Translations under genes and position numbers: made by a program
In this document: positions 1 to 7,920 of the stretch, piece by piece
How the letters are laid out: every line of letters begins with the position of its first letter
Position numbering within the stretch: position 1 is the first letter of the stretch
NCBI GenBank assembly: GCA_964388425.1
Contig: CAYMAP010000001.1
Location: 1-40,062 of the forward strand
Direction of reading: 5' to 3'
Length of the DNA stretch: 40,062 nucleotides
Source of the DNA: an uncultured Planctomycetaceae bacterium
Lineage (GTDB): Bacteria; Planctomycetota; Phycisphaerae; SM23-33
The notes under the pieces: model-generated
The model's input: only the letters and a program-made list of their open reading frames with translations
What the model was told of the DNA's origin: nothing
Databases searched by the model: none

Positions 1-100
1 CTGCCTGGTCGTCACGCACGATCGGCCGCAGATTGAGCGGTGGTGTCATCGGCGGATCGACCTGGGCGGGTTCGTCCCCGCGGAGGCGAGCCCATGCTGA
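1..100 (+). CDS. 3' end of an ABC-transporter ATP-binding protein (FetA/YbbL-like), 5'-truncated by the window edge
   Basis: The frame starting at nt 2 reads CLVVTHDRPQIERWCHRRIDLGGFVPAEASPC*. LVVTHD matches the H-loop region near ABC ATPase C-termini. Stop TGA 98-100 overlaps the ATG at 94 of the downstream FetB-type permease (ATGCTGA). Confidence 0.55.
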   Translation, partial: CLVVTHDRPQIERWCHRRIDLGGFVPAEASPC

Positions 101-900
101 CGCCCGCGACGGTCATCCCGCTGGGGCCGGTGAATTTGGCGGTCGCCGCGGCGCTGCTGCTGGTCGGTGGGGCGGTGAGTGTGGGGCTTCGGCTGGGTCT
201 GGAGAAGCGGCTGGCCGTCGCGGCGGTGCGAACGGTGGTGCAGCTATTGCTGATCGGGTACGTCTTGCGGTGGGTCTTCGCGCGCGAGCACGTCTGGGCG
301 ATTGTGCCATTGATCGCCGTGATGATCGCGGCGGCGTCGCACGCGGCGGTGAAGCGTTCGAGCCGACGCGTCCGCGGACTGGCGTTGCTGGCGTTCGGGG
401 CGCTGGTCGCCAGCGGGCTGCTGACGACGATCACGATCACGGCCTTCGTTATCGGGGTCCGGCCCTGGTGGGAGCCGCAATACCTCATCCCGCTGCTGGG
501 GATGTGCCTGGGCAACGCGCTGACGGGGATCAGCCTGTGCGTCGATACGGTCCTGACGACGCTGACGGACCGCGCGGACGTGGTGGAAATGGAACTGTCA
601 CTGGGCGCGACCCGCTGGGAGGCCGCCCGCGAACCGCTGGCCGACGCCGTCCGCCGGGGGATGGTCCCGATCATCAACTCGATGAGCGTCGTCGGGCTGG
701 TGAGCCTGCCCGGGATGATGACGGGGCAGATCCTGGCCGGGCAGGACCCGTACGGGGCGGTGAAGTACCAGATCATGGTGATGTTCATGATCGCCGCCGC
801 CACGGCAGGGGGGTGCATCCTCATCGCACTGCTGGTCTATCGGCGGGTGTTCAACGCCCGCCATCAGCTCCGGACGGATCGCATCCGCCGGAAAGACTGA
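94..900 (+). CDS. fetB: UPF0014/FetB (YbbM) family ABC-type iron-export permease
   Basis: Multi-TM protein with motifs recalled from E. coli FetB: VQLLLIGYVL, LSLGAT, VGLVSLPGMMTGQILAG, KYQIMVMFM, ...NARHQL. The ORF track starts at 40. I prefer ATG 94 because it is coupled to the upstream stop. Confidence 0.85.
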   Translation: MLTPATVIPLGPVNLAVAAALLLVGGAVSVGLRLGLEKRLAVAAVRTVVQLLLIGYVLRWVFAREHVWAIVPLIAVMIAAASHAAVKRSSRRVRGLALLAFGALVASGLLTTITITAFVIGVRPWWEPQYLIPLLGMCLGNALTGISLCVDTVLTTLTDRADVVEMELSLGATRWEAAREPLADAVRRGMVPIINSMSVVGLVSLPGMMTGQILAGQDPYGAVKYQIMVMFMIAAATAGGCILIALLVYRRVFNARHQLRTDRIRRKD

Positions 901-925
901 GACTCGCCGCGTATCGTTCCGCGAT

Positions 926-1501
926 TCACTGCTGCTGGTCGTTGGTGTCTTTCTTGGCTTCCTCGCGGGCCTCGTCGCCGACGTTGCGGATGGCCCAGCG
1001 GGCGAACTTCATCCGGGTGTTGTCGTCGACCTTGACCATGACCTCGTCCTCGCGGGCTTCGGTGACGTTGCCGACGATCCCGCCGATGGTCACCACCCGA
1101 TCGCCCTTTTTCAGGGCGGCGAGCATTTCCTGGCGCTTTTTCTGCTGTTTGCGTCGGCTGCGTCCCATGAAGAAGTACAGCACGACGAACCCGCCGATCA
1201 TGATGACGAAGAACCATATCTGGTTTCCGCCCTGTCCGACGAGTCCGCCGGGCTGATTGTTTCCGCCCTCCTTCCGTCCCCGGTCATCGCCGTTTTGCTC
1301 TCCGTCGGCCTGTTCGCCTTCGGTGCCCTCGGCGGGTGCTTTTTGCTTGTCTTCGGCGGCAGGCTCGCCTTCGACCTGGCCTGCGGGTTTGAGTTGGGGG
1401 GCCTCCGCACCGCCGTTGTCCTGGGCGAGGGTGGCGGGCAGGCTCAGGCCGAGCAGGGCCAGCAGGAGTGCGGTCGTCGGGACGGTGTGGTGTCGTTTCA
1501 T
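926..1501 (-). CDS. yajC: Preprotein translocase subunit YajC with a long N-terminal extension
   Basis: The C-terminal half is a typical YajC core: TM segment IWFFVIMIGGFVVLYFF, then RRKQQKKRQEMLAALKKGDRVVTIGGIVGNVTE...VKVDD. Start chosen at MKRHH (ATG 1501-1499), which begins a signal-peptide-like segment. The track ORF runs further, to 1603. Confidence 0.85.
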   Translation of the reverse strand: MKRHHTVPTTALLLALLGLSLPATLAQDNGGAEAPQLKPAGQVEGEPAAEDKQKAPAEGTEGEQADGEQNGDDRGRKEGGNNQPGGLVGQGGNQIWFFVIMIGGFVVLYFFMGRSRRKQQKKRQEMLAALKKGDRVVTIGGIVGNVTEAREDEVMVKVDDNTRMKFARWAIRNVGDEAREEAKKDTNDQQQ

Positions 1502-1701
1502 GGTGTTCCTCGTGGTGGTATGGGTTGAAGGATTCGCCGGCGGGCCCGTACTGCCCGGCCGATCGGAATCGGGTATTGTGGGCCAATTCGGGGCCGAAGG
1601 CAAGGAAAGAAGTTGCCGGATGCGGCGGGAGGGGGCCCCTCCGCTGTTGTGCGCGGCAAAAGCAACTTGGGCGGGAACGGTCGAGCCGGTAGGATGGTGG
1701 C

Positions 1702-2607
1702 ATGACGTGTGAATCGAACGAACCGACGGTAACGCGTCGTCTGCCGACGTGGCTGAAGCGTCGCCTGCCGGCCGGCGGACGAAGCGGCGAGGTCCGCGAC
1801 CTGCTGAAGGAGCTGGAGCTGGCGACGGTCTGCGACGGCGCGCAGTGCCCGAACCGCTGCGAATGTTTTTCGCGCGGGACGGCGACGTTCATGATCCTCG
1901 GGTCGACGTGTACGCGGGACTGCCGATTCTGTGCCGTGCCGTCCGAGCCGCCGGGGCCTCCGCGAGACGACGAGCCCGACGCCGTCGCCGAGGCGGCGCG
2001 TCGCATGGGGCTGCGTTACGTGGTTCTGACGTCGGTGACACGCGACGACCTGCCGGACGGCGGGGCGGGGCACTTCGCGCGGACGGTCCGAGGCGTTCGA
2101 CGGGAGGTGCCGGCAGCGCGGGTCGAGGTTCTCACGCCGGATTTCCGGGGCGACCGCGATGCCATGGCGACGGTGCTGGAGGCTCGGCCTGACGTGTTCA
2201 ACCACAACGTCGAGACCGTGCCGAGGCTGTACCCGACGGTTCGACCCCAGGCGGACTACCGCCAGAGTCTTGACGTGCTGCGGGCGGTGAGGGAATTGGC
2301 GGACCGGACCGGGCTGGACGTGCGGACCAAGAGCGGGTTGATGGTCGGGCTGGGCGAGACGGACGAGGAGGTCGAGGCGGTGTTTGCGGACCTGCGTGGT
2401 GCAGGCTGCGATATCCTGACGGTGGGTCAATATCTCGCCCCGTCCGACGCGCACCTGCCCGTTGGGCGTTTCGTCGAGCCGGCGGTGTTCGAGCGTTGGC
2501 AGGAGCGGGTGCGGGCGATGGGATTTCTCGCCGGGGCCTGCGGGCCGTTCGTCCGCAGCAGCTTCCGCGCCGATGAGGTGTTCGCGGACTCAACGGGGGA
2601 GGCGTGA
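1702..2607 (+). CDS. lipA: Lipoyl synthase (radical SAM)
   Basis: Has both LipA cysteine clusters, CPNRCECF and [10 protein letters not shown], plus [23 protein letters not shown] and [10 protein letters not shown]. Confidence 0.95.
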   Translation: MTCESNEPTVTRRLPTWLKRRLPAGGRSGEVRDLLKELELATVCDGAQCPNRCECFSRGTATFMILGSTCTRDCRFCAVPSEPPGPPRDDEPDAVAEAARRMGLRYVVLTSVTRDDLPDGGAGHFARTVRGVRREVPAARVEVLTPDFRGDRDAMATVLEARPDVFNHNVETVPRLYPTVRPQADYRQSLDVLRAVRELADRTGLDVRTKSGLMVGLGETDEEVEAVFADLRGAGCDILTVGQYLAPSDAHLPVGRFVEPAVFERWQERVRAMGFLAGACGPFVRSSFRADEVFADSTGEA

Positions 2608-2651
2608 ATCGGCGAAGATCGCAACCCGTACGTCCCCGAACATGAAACCCT

Positions 2652-2849
2652 CTACCTCCGATGTAGATGCCGTAGGCCCTGCCGGTTGTCCGCGCAGCGT
2701 CCTTGGGAGTGTTTCCGGCGCGGGGTTCCCGTCCTTGTCCTCGGCTTTGTCTGAAAAGTCCATTGTGCGTGCAGCATGGCCGCCCGGGCGAACTCCTCGC
2801 GGGTCAGCTTGCCGTCGCCGTTCGTGTCGGTGGCCCGGAGGTTATTCAA
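2652..2849 (-). CDS. Doubtful short ORF containing one canonical EF-hand Ca-binding loop (possible gene remnant)
   Basis: DTNGDGKLTREE fits the 12-residue EF-hand loop, followed by F. The ORF starts at TTG. After the loop the sequence becomes Arg/Pro/Thr-rich junk (TKPRTRTGTPRRKH), and there is no signal peptide or second EF-hand. Confidence 0.2.
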   Translation of the reverse strand: MNNLRATDTNGDGKLTREEFARAAMLHAQWTFQTKPRTRTGTPRRKHSQGRCADNRQGLRHLHRR

Positions 2850-3013
2850 GACGCCTCCCTCAGAACTGCCAAGAACACGCCGGGAGGAGCATTTTGGGGA
2901 TGCCCTCTATTCTTTGCGTTGACGAATCGCCCTGATGCTCCGTTCCGTCGACTTTTGAGGGGCGCATCATTCAAGTTCAACAACTCCAAGAACCTGGCCG
3001 AGATCCAGTGGAT

Positions 3014-3042
3014 TTGGAATCCTTGTCGCTGGGCGGTATACT
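3014..3042 (+). promoter_or_regulatory. Candidate sigma70-type promoter: TTGGAA-N17-TATACT
   Basis: -35 TTGGAA at 3014-3019, a 17-nt spacer, and -10 TATACT at 3037-3042. The -10 ends 6 nt before ATG 3049, so the predicted TSS falls on or next to the start codon. No SD is visible. Confidence 0.4.
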
Positions 3043-3048
3043 CTGGGC

Positions 3049-3609
3049 ATGGCTGGAAACGGACATCCCTGTCTTGCCTGCGGGATGCTGCTGGCGGCAT
3101 TGCTGCTGGCAGGCTGTCCGCAGGCTGAGCAGGTTGACCCCGAAGCCGACTCGGCGAATCGACAAGCCGACGAGCCGATCTGCCTGCCGGACGGCATCAT
3201 CGCCTGCCTGGTGGAAGTCGCGCAGATTCAGTACGTTGCAGATACGAAGGGTCATGACGTCTGGCAGACGCCCGCCGAGACGGCCCGGCTGGGGCAGGGG
3301 GACTGCGAGGACCTGGCGATCTTTTTCCAAGACCTGATGCGACGCAAGGGCTACGACGTGGACGTGGTGTTCGGCCTGGAGCATCGGTGGGCGGATCACG
3401 GACACTGCTGGTGCGAGATGGCCGTGGACGGCGAGCGGTACGTGGTCGAGCCGGGATATGCGATGTTCCTGCCGCGGAAGAAGTTGCCGAAGGTCATGTA
3501 CATGGTGGCCGAGGATATCGACGTTGTGGCCGAAAAAGTCCGGGCCTATCACGAGCGGACGGGCGTTTGTGTCAGCGAGGGGTATCGCTCCGCGGTGGGG
3601 GGGCGTTGA
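3049..3609 (+). CDS. Lipoprotein, bacterial transglutaminase-like cysteine proteinase (BTLCP/LapG-like) family
   Basis: Signal peptide with lipobox LLLAGC. BTLCP hallmark YVADTKGHDVWQTPAETARLGQGDCEDLAIFF, followed by HGHCWCEMAVDGERYVVEP (Cys...His...acidic arrangement). Confidence 0.8.
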   Translation: MAGNGHPCLACGMLLAALLLAGCPQAEQVDPEADSANRQADEPICLPDGIIACLVEVAQIQYVADTKGHDVWQTPAETARLGQGDCEDLAIFFQDLMRRKGYDVDVVFGLEHRWADHGHCWCEMAVDGERYVVEPGYAMFLPRKKLPKVMYMVAEDIDVVAEKVRAYHERTGVCVSEGYRSAVGGR

Positions 3610-3691
3610 GCTCGCTTGCGTTGGGAAGGGGCCCCACAGGTAGCGGGACGTTTGGCGACGAAAAATTTTTCAAAATTTTTAAGATACCCGT

Positions 3692-3720
3692 TTGACACGA
3701 TTTCGGGAAGTTTTTATACT
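3692..3720 (+). promoter_or_regulatory. Near-consensus sigma70 promoter with an upstream A/T-rich UP-like element, driving tRNA-Thr/tuf
   Basis: TTGACA at 3692-3697, a 17-nt spacer, and TATACT at 3715-3720. It is preceded by GAAAAATTTTTCAAAATTTTTAAGATA (about 3659-3686), an AT island in an otherwise GC-rich sequence. Confidence 0.6.
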
Positions 3721-3825
3721 GTACGGTTCCTTTGTCGGCCATGGGTGACCTGTGGCCCCGCCAAATGGGCCGCGCGCTGGACAACAACAGCAGGGCAGGC
3801 AAGGGCGATGCAAAGCGGCCGGCTC

Positions 3826-3897
<72 letters not shown>

Positions 3898-4042
3898 TGT
3901 CCCGCCGGTAGGTATACCGTGCGGGTGTGGATTGAAGGCAATCGGTCGTGGGCCGATCGGCAGTCGCGCGACTGCGGGTCCCGGCCGCCGCAATGATGAG
4001 AAACGGATTGCAAACCCCGTAGACCGTAGAGGAGCGACAGGA

Positions 4043-5248
4043 ATGGCGAAGGAAACGTTTGAGCGGAAGAAACCGCACGTGAACGTCGGGACGATCGGGC
4101 ATGTGGACCACGGCAAGACCACCCTGACGTCGGCGATTATGCACGTCCAGGCGGCCAGGGGTCTGGCCACGGCCAAGAGCTACGACGAGATTGCCAAGGC
4201 TTCCGAAAGCCAGGGCCGGCGCGACCCGACGAAGATTCTGACCATCGCGACCTCGCACGTCGAGTACGAGTCCGACAATCGTCACTACGCCCACGTCGAC
4301 TGCCCCGGCCACGCCGACTACGTCAAGAACATGATTACCGGGGCGGCCCAGATGGACGGGGCTATTCTCGTGGTATCCGCCGCGGACGGGCCCATGCCGC
4401 AGACCCGCGAGCACGTGCTGCTGGCCCGGCAGGTCAACGTCCCGCAGTTGGTGGTCTTTCTGAACAAGGCCGACCTCGTCGAGGACGAGGAACTTCTCGA
4501 ACTCGTCGAGCTGGAAGTCCGCGAACTGCTGAGCAAGTACGAATTCGACGGCGACAACGTCCCGGTCATTAAGGGATCGGCCACCGAGGCCATCAAGGAC
4601 CCCTCCGGCGACGGCGCCAAGCCCATCCAGGAACTCATGGGCGCCCTGGACGAGTACGTCCCCGAGCCGGAGCGCGAGGTCGACAAGCCCTTCCTCATGC
4701 CGATCGAGGACGTCTTCAGCATCAAGGGCCGCGGCACAGTCGGCACGGGCCGAATCGAACGCGGCATCGTCAAGGTCGGCGACGAAGTGGAAGTCGTCGG
4801 GCTGGGCGACACCCGCAAGACCACCGTCACGGGCGTGGAGATGTTCAACAAGCTCCTCGACGAGGGCCAGGCGGGCGACAACGTCGGCTGCCTGCTCCGC
4901 GGCGTGGAGAAGAGCGAACTCGAGCGCGGCCAGGTCCTCGCCAAGCCCGGCAGCATCACCCCGCACCACAAATTCGAGGGCGAGATCTACGTCCTGAGCA
5001 AAGAGGAAGGCGGTCGACACACGCCGTTCTTCACCGGCTATCGGCCGCAGTTCTACTTCCGGACCACCGACGTGACCGGCACGGTCAAGTTGCTGGGCGG
5101 CGCGGAAATGTGCATGCCCGGCGACAACGTTGCCATCGAGGTCGAACTGCTCAACACGAAGATCGCCATGGACGAAGGCCTCCGCTTCGCGATCCGCGAA
5201 GGCGGGCGGACCGTCGCTTCCGGCGTGGTGACGAAGATCGTCGAATAA
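4043..5248 (+). CDS. tuf: Elongation factor Tu
   Basis: [36 protein letters not shown] and NKAD motifs. GGAG lies upstream of ATG 4043. The track ORF begins earlier, at 3932. Confidence 0.97.
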   Translation: MAKETFERKKPHVNVGTIGHVDHGKTTLTSAIMHVQAARGLATAKSYDEIAKASESQGRRDPTKILTIATSHVEYESDNRHYAHVDCPGHADYVKNMITGAAQMDGAILVVSAADGPMPQTREHVLLARQVNVPQLVVFLNKADLVEDEELLELVELEVRELLSKYEFDGDNVPVIKGSATEAIKDPSGDGAKPIQELMGALDEYVPEPEREVDKPFLMPIEDVFSIKGRGTVGTGRIERGIVKVGDEVEVVGLGDTRKTTVTGVEMFNKLLDEGQAGDNVGCLLRGVEKSELERGQVLAKPGSITPHHKFEGEIYVLSKEEGGRHTPFFTGYRPQFYFRTTDVTGTVKLLGGAEMCMPGDNVAIEVELLNTKIAMDEGLRFAIREGGRTVASGVVTKIVE

Positions 5249-5326
5249 CCCCACACGGGATCCCCCCACAACCCGAACCGTACCGGCGGGGCGTTCCTTG
5301 CCCCACCGGGCCTCGGCAGGTGTGCG

Positions 5327-5494
5327 ATGGCCAAGAGCAAACGACGTGAATATGTCTGGATGCAGTGCAAGAGCTGCGACCAGTTGAATTACCGCACCAA
5401 CGTGCTGGTCCAGGGCGGTACGCCCAAACTGGAGCTCAAGAAGTACTGCCCCCACGAGCGCAAGCACACCGATCATAAGTTGAAACGGAAATAA
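5327..5494 (+). CDS. rpmG: 50S ribosomal protein L33
   Basis: A 55-aa ORF, below the track length cutoff: MAKSKRREYVWMQCKSCDQLNYRTNVLVQGGTPKLELKKYCPHERKHTDHKLKRK. It holds the canonical position between tuf and tRNA-Trp/secE. Confidence 0.9.
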   Translation: MAKSKRREYVWMQCKSCDQLNYRTNVLVQGGTPKLELKKYCPHERKHTDHKLKRK

Positions 5495-5527
5495 CCCACC
5501 TTTCGTCCCGCGGGGCGGATGGCGTGA

Positions 5528-5600
<73 letters not shown>

Positions 5601-5704
5601 CTGCGGACAGGCTCGGCAGGGCGGTCGAGACAGAACCGACGAGAAAACAACCGATGCGGATTTCGCTGGATTGACGCACAGATTCCCACACACGGAGATA
5701 TCCG

Positions 5705-6097
5705 GTGCACGGTTTGCAAATCTACAAAAGAACCCAGGGCAAGTACACCCGCCTGATTACCTTTCTGGCGGTGCTGGTGCTGACGGCGTGGGGTTGTAAC
5801 AGCCTGGCCAATAAGCTCGGGACCGCCAACGTCACGCCGTACGTGCAATTCGGCGTCCCGGTGATCGTGCTGGCGGCCTTGGGCGTGGTCATGTTCCTGG
5901 TCGTCAACCGTCCGAAAAGTGCGGATTTCCTGATCGCGACCGAAAACGAAATGAAAAAGGTCTCCTGGTCCAGCCGAAAGGAAGTCTTCGGCTCGACGAA
6001 GGTGGTCATCGTCACGACATTTCTGCTGGCGGCGATTCTGTTCCTGGTCGACTTCGTCTTCGCCACCCTCTTTCAGAAGATCGGCGTGACGGGCTAG
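5705..6097 (+). CDS. secE: Preprotein translocase subunit SecE (multi-TM form)
   Basis: The EMKKVSWSSRKE motif is followed by a C-terminal TM segment, with two additional N-terminal hydrophobic segments. GTG start. Conserved position upstream of nusG. Confidence 0.85.
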   Translation: MHGLQIYKRTQGKYTRLITFLAVLVLTAWGCNSLANKLGTANVTPYVQFGVPVIVLAALGVVMFLVVNRPKSADFLIATENEMKKVSWSSRKEVFGSTKVVIVTTFLLAAILFLVDFVFATLFQKIGVTG

Positions 6098-6207
6098 GCC
6101 AGGCAAGCGAGGACCCTTCCGGGCCGACCCCCCGGGCGGACAATCATTGAACCCCCGGCTGCAATCGGGCTGCATGCGGCTGCGACAGTTAGGCAAACCA
6201 GGCAAGC

Positions 6208-7008
6208 ATGAGCGAAGAACACAAGGACATCGAGACGGCCGAAGAAAAACCGCAGGCGGACGCCCCGGAAGAGGCCCAGGTCCAGGCGGAGGAATCGTCT
6301 CCCGGTTCGCCCTCCGCAGACGTGCAGACCCCCGCGGGTGAACATGTCCCGCCGTCGGACGCTGACTCCACGCCTGCAGCGGCCAAAGCTCCCCTCGAGC
6401 AGCCCCAGCCCGATAGCGACGAGGAACAGGCCGGGGCCGGGCCTACCCGCGAAGGCATGAGTTGGTGCGTCCTTCGCGTCGCCAGCAACAAGGAAGACCA
6501 GGTCCGCGAGGCCCTGGAGCGTAAAGTCGCCGTCGAGGGCCTGGAAGACCGCATCGGGCGGATCCTGGTCCCGACCGAAAAACGCCCCGCCCCCCGCGGC
6601 AAGGCCAAGGGCAAAAACAAGACCGTCGAACGCAAGATGTACCCGGGCTACGTCTTTATCGAGATGGCCCTGGAAGAGGACGGCAAGATCGACGAACACG
6701 CCTGGTTCACCATCAAGGAAACCATGGGCGTGGGCGACTTCATCGGGGCGTCGGGCAAGCCGAGCCTGATGGCCCAGGAAGACGTCGACAAGATGCTTCA
6801 GCAGGTCGAAAAGGCCCAGGAAGGCGCGCCCGTCAGGGTCGAGTTTGTCAAGGGCGACCAGGTGAAGATCAAGGAAGGCGCGTTCGAGAACTTCGAGGGC
6901 GCCATCGACGAGGTCCTCCCGGAAAAAGGCCTCGTCCGCGTGGTCGTGACCATTTTCGGCCGGGCCACGCCTGTCGAACTGGAATACTGGCAGGTCGAGA
7001 AAGTGTAA
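6208..7008 (+). CDS. nusG: Transcription termination/antitermination factor NusG with an acidic N-terminal extension of about 84 aa
   Basis: The NGN domain starts at WCVLRVASNKEDQV and includes MYPGYVFIEM. The KOW motif is KGDQVKIKEGAFENFEGAIDEV. Confidence 0.93.
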   Translation: MSEEHKDIETAEEKPQADAPEEAQVQAEESSPGSPSADVQTPAGEHVPPSDADSTPAAAKAPLEQPQPDSDEEQAGAGPTREGMSWCVLRVASNKEDQVREALERKVAVEGLEDRIGRILVPTEKRPAPRGKAKGKNKTVERKMYPGYVFIEMALEEDGKIDEHAWFTIKETMGVGDFIGASGKPSLMAQEDVDKMLQQVEKAQEGAPVRVEFVKGDQVKIKEGAFENFEGAIDEVLPEKGLVRVVVTIFGRATPVELEYWQVEKV

Positions 7009-7125
7009 ATCAGGGAATCTGTGGAACCGTGAAACGGTCGTACCCATCCACTGTTCAACGGATCAATGGAATAACGATTGTCCAAGACCCCCGGGTCGCC
7101 GGACGCAGAAGGAATGTTCCCGAGG

Positions 7126-7243
7126 CACGCCCCTGCGGGCCGTGAGCCGCACGAGCACCCTGCTCGTGTGACATGGTGCGTAACGGTCCGCAGGGCCAAG
7201 ATAGCCCTGCGACTCACCGGCAAGATGCCGGTGCCACGAAACA
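7126..7243. repeat. Cluster of four REP-like hairpin units (family A)
   Basis: Hairpins with 8-bp stems: 7126-7144 CACGCCCCTGCGGGCCGTG, 7150-7168 CACGAGCACCCTGCTCGTG, 7189-7211 CGCAGGGCCAAGATAGCCCTGCG, and 7215-7233 CACCGGCAAGATGCCGGTG plus tail CCACGAAACA. An inverted near-copy lies at 19479-19532. Confidence 0.75.
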
Positions 7244-7284
7244 GGCCGGACGGACGAGCCGGAATCCCGTAAGGACGAGAAACG

Positions 7285-7710
7285 ATGGCTAAGGAAATCG
7301 TAGCGAAGATCAAGCTCCAGGCGCCCGGCGGGCAGGCGACTCCCGCCCCGCCGATCGGGCCCGCCCTCGGGCAGCACAACGTCAACATCGGGCAGTTCGT
7401 CAGTCAGTTCAACGAACGCACCCAGGAACACGCCGGCATGCCCCTGCCGGTGATCATCACCGTCTACGGCGACCGGACGTTCGATTTCGTTGTCAAGAGC
7501 CCGCCGGCGGCGGCGTTGCTGAAGGAAGCAGCCGGTATCGCCAAGGGCTCCGGCGTACCGAACAAGGAAAAGGTCGGCACGGTGACGATGGAGCAGTGCA
7601 GGCAGATCGCCGAGCGGAAACTCGCGGACCTCTCGGCTCGCGATGTCGACGCCGGTGCGAACATCATCGCCGGCACCGCCCGGTCGATGGGAATCAATGT
7701 GACAAAATAG
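7285..7710 (+). CDS. rplK: 50S ribosomal protein L11
   Basis: [35 protein letters not shown]... is a typical L11 N-terminus. SD AAGGACGAG lies upstream. Confidence 0.97.
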   Translation: MAKEIVAKIKLQAPGGQATPAPPIGPALGQHNVNIGQFVSQFNERTQEHAGMPLPVIITVYGDRTFDFVVKSPPAAALLKEAAGIAKGSGVPNKEKVGTVTMEQCRQIAERKLADLSARDVDAGANIIAGTARSMGINVTK

Positions 7711-7888
7711 ACGCCTCCCTCAAAAATCGAAGGAACGAAAAAGCAGAGCGATTCGTCAACGAAAACCATCGAGTTACGTCCCCAAAATAGTCCTACACCC
7801 GCGTCCCTGGCAGTTTTGAGGGAATCGCCAAAATAGAGAAAGAATGAGTTATGAATTCGGAATGATGAATGAAAACAGAACGAACAAT

Positions 7889-7920
7889 GCAGCCAGCCTG
7901 CTGCCACTGCGTTTTTTTTT
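7889..7920 (+). terminator. Possible intrinsic terminator (weak stem plus T9 run) inside the rplK-rplA spacer
   Basis: Stem GCAGC(7889-7893)-CAGCCT-GCTGC(7900-7904), then CACTGCG, then nine T at 7912-7920. The stem is short and is not directly adjacent to the T tract. Confidence 0.3.

Noticed and set aside
33-1256. A 407-aa + strand ORF covering fetB and running antisense across yajC. Other overlapping ORFs lie in 1-2000.
   Set aside because: The translation is Arg/Gly/Ala/Pro-rich with no domain features. FetB (the 40/94-900 frame) and YajC (minus strand) account for the region with clear homology.
7078-7272. Small ORFs over the repeat clusters: 7078-7272, 19476-19775, 19540-19794, 24253-24591 and 35402-35590.
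   Set aside because: Their peptide 'motifs' ([39 protein letters not shown] and similar) are just translations of palindromic REP-like DNA in either orientation. They have no SD and no coding periodicity.
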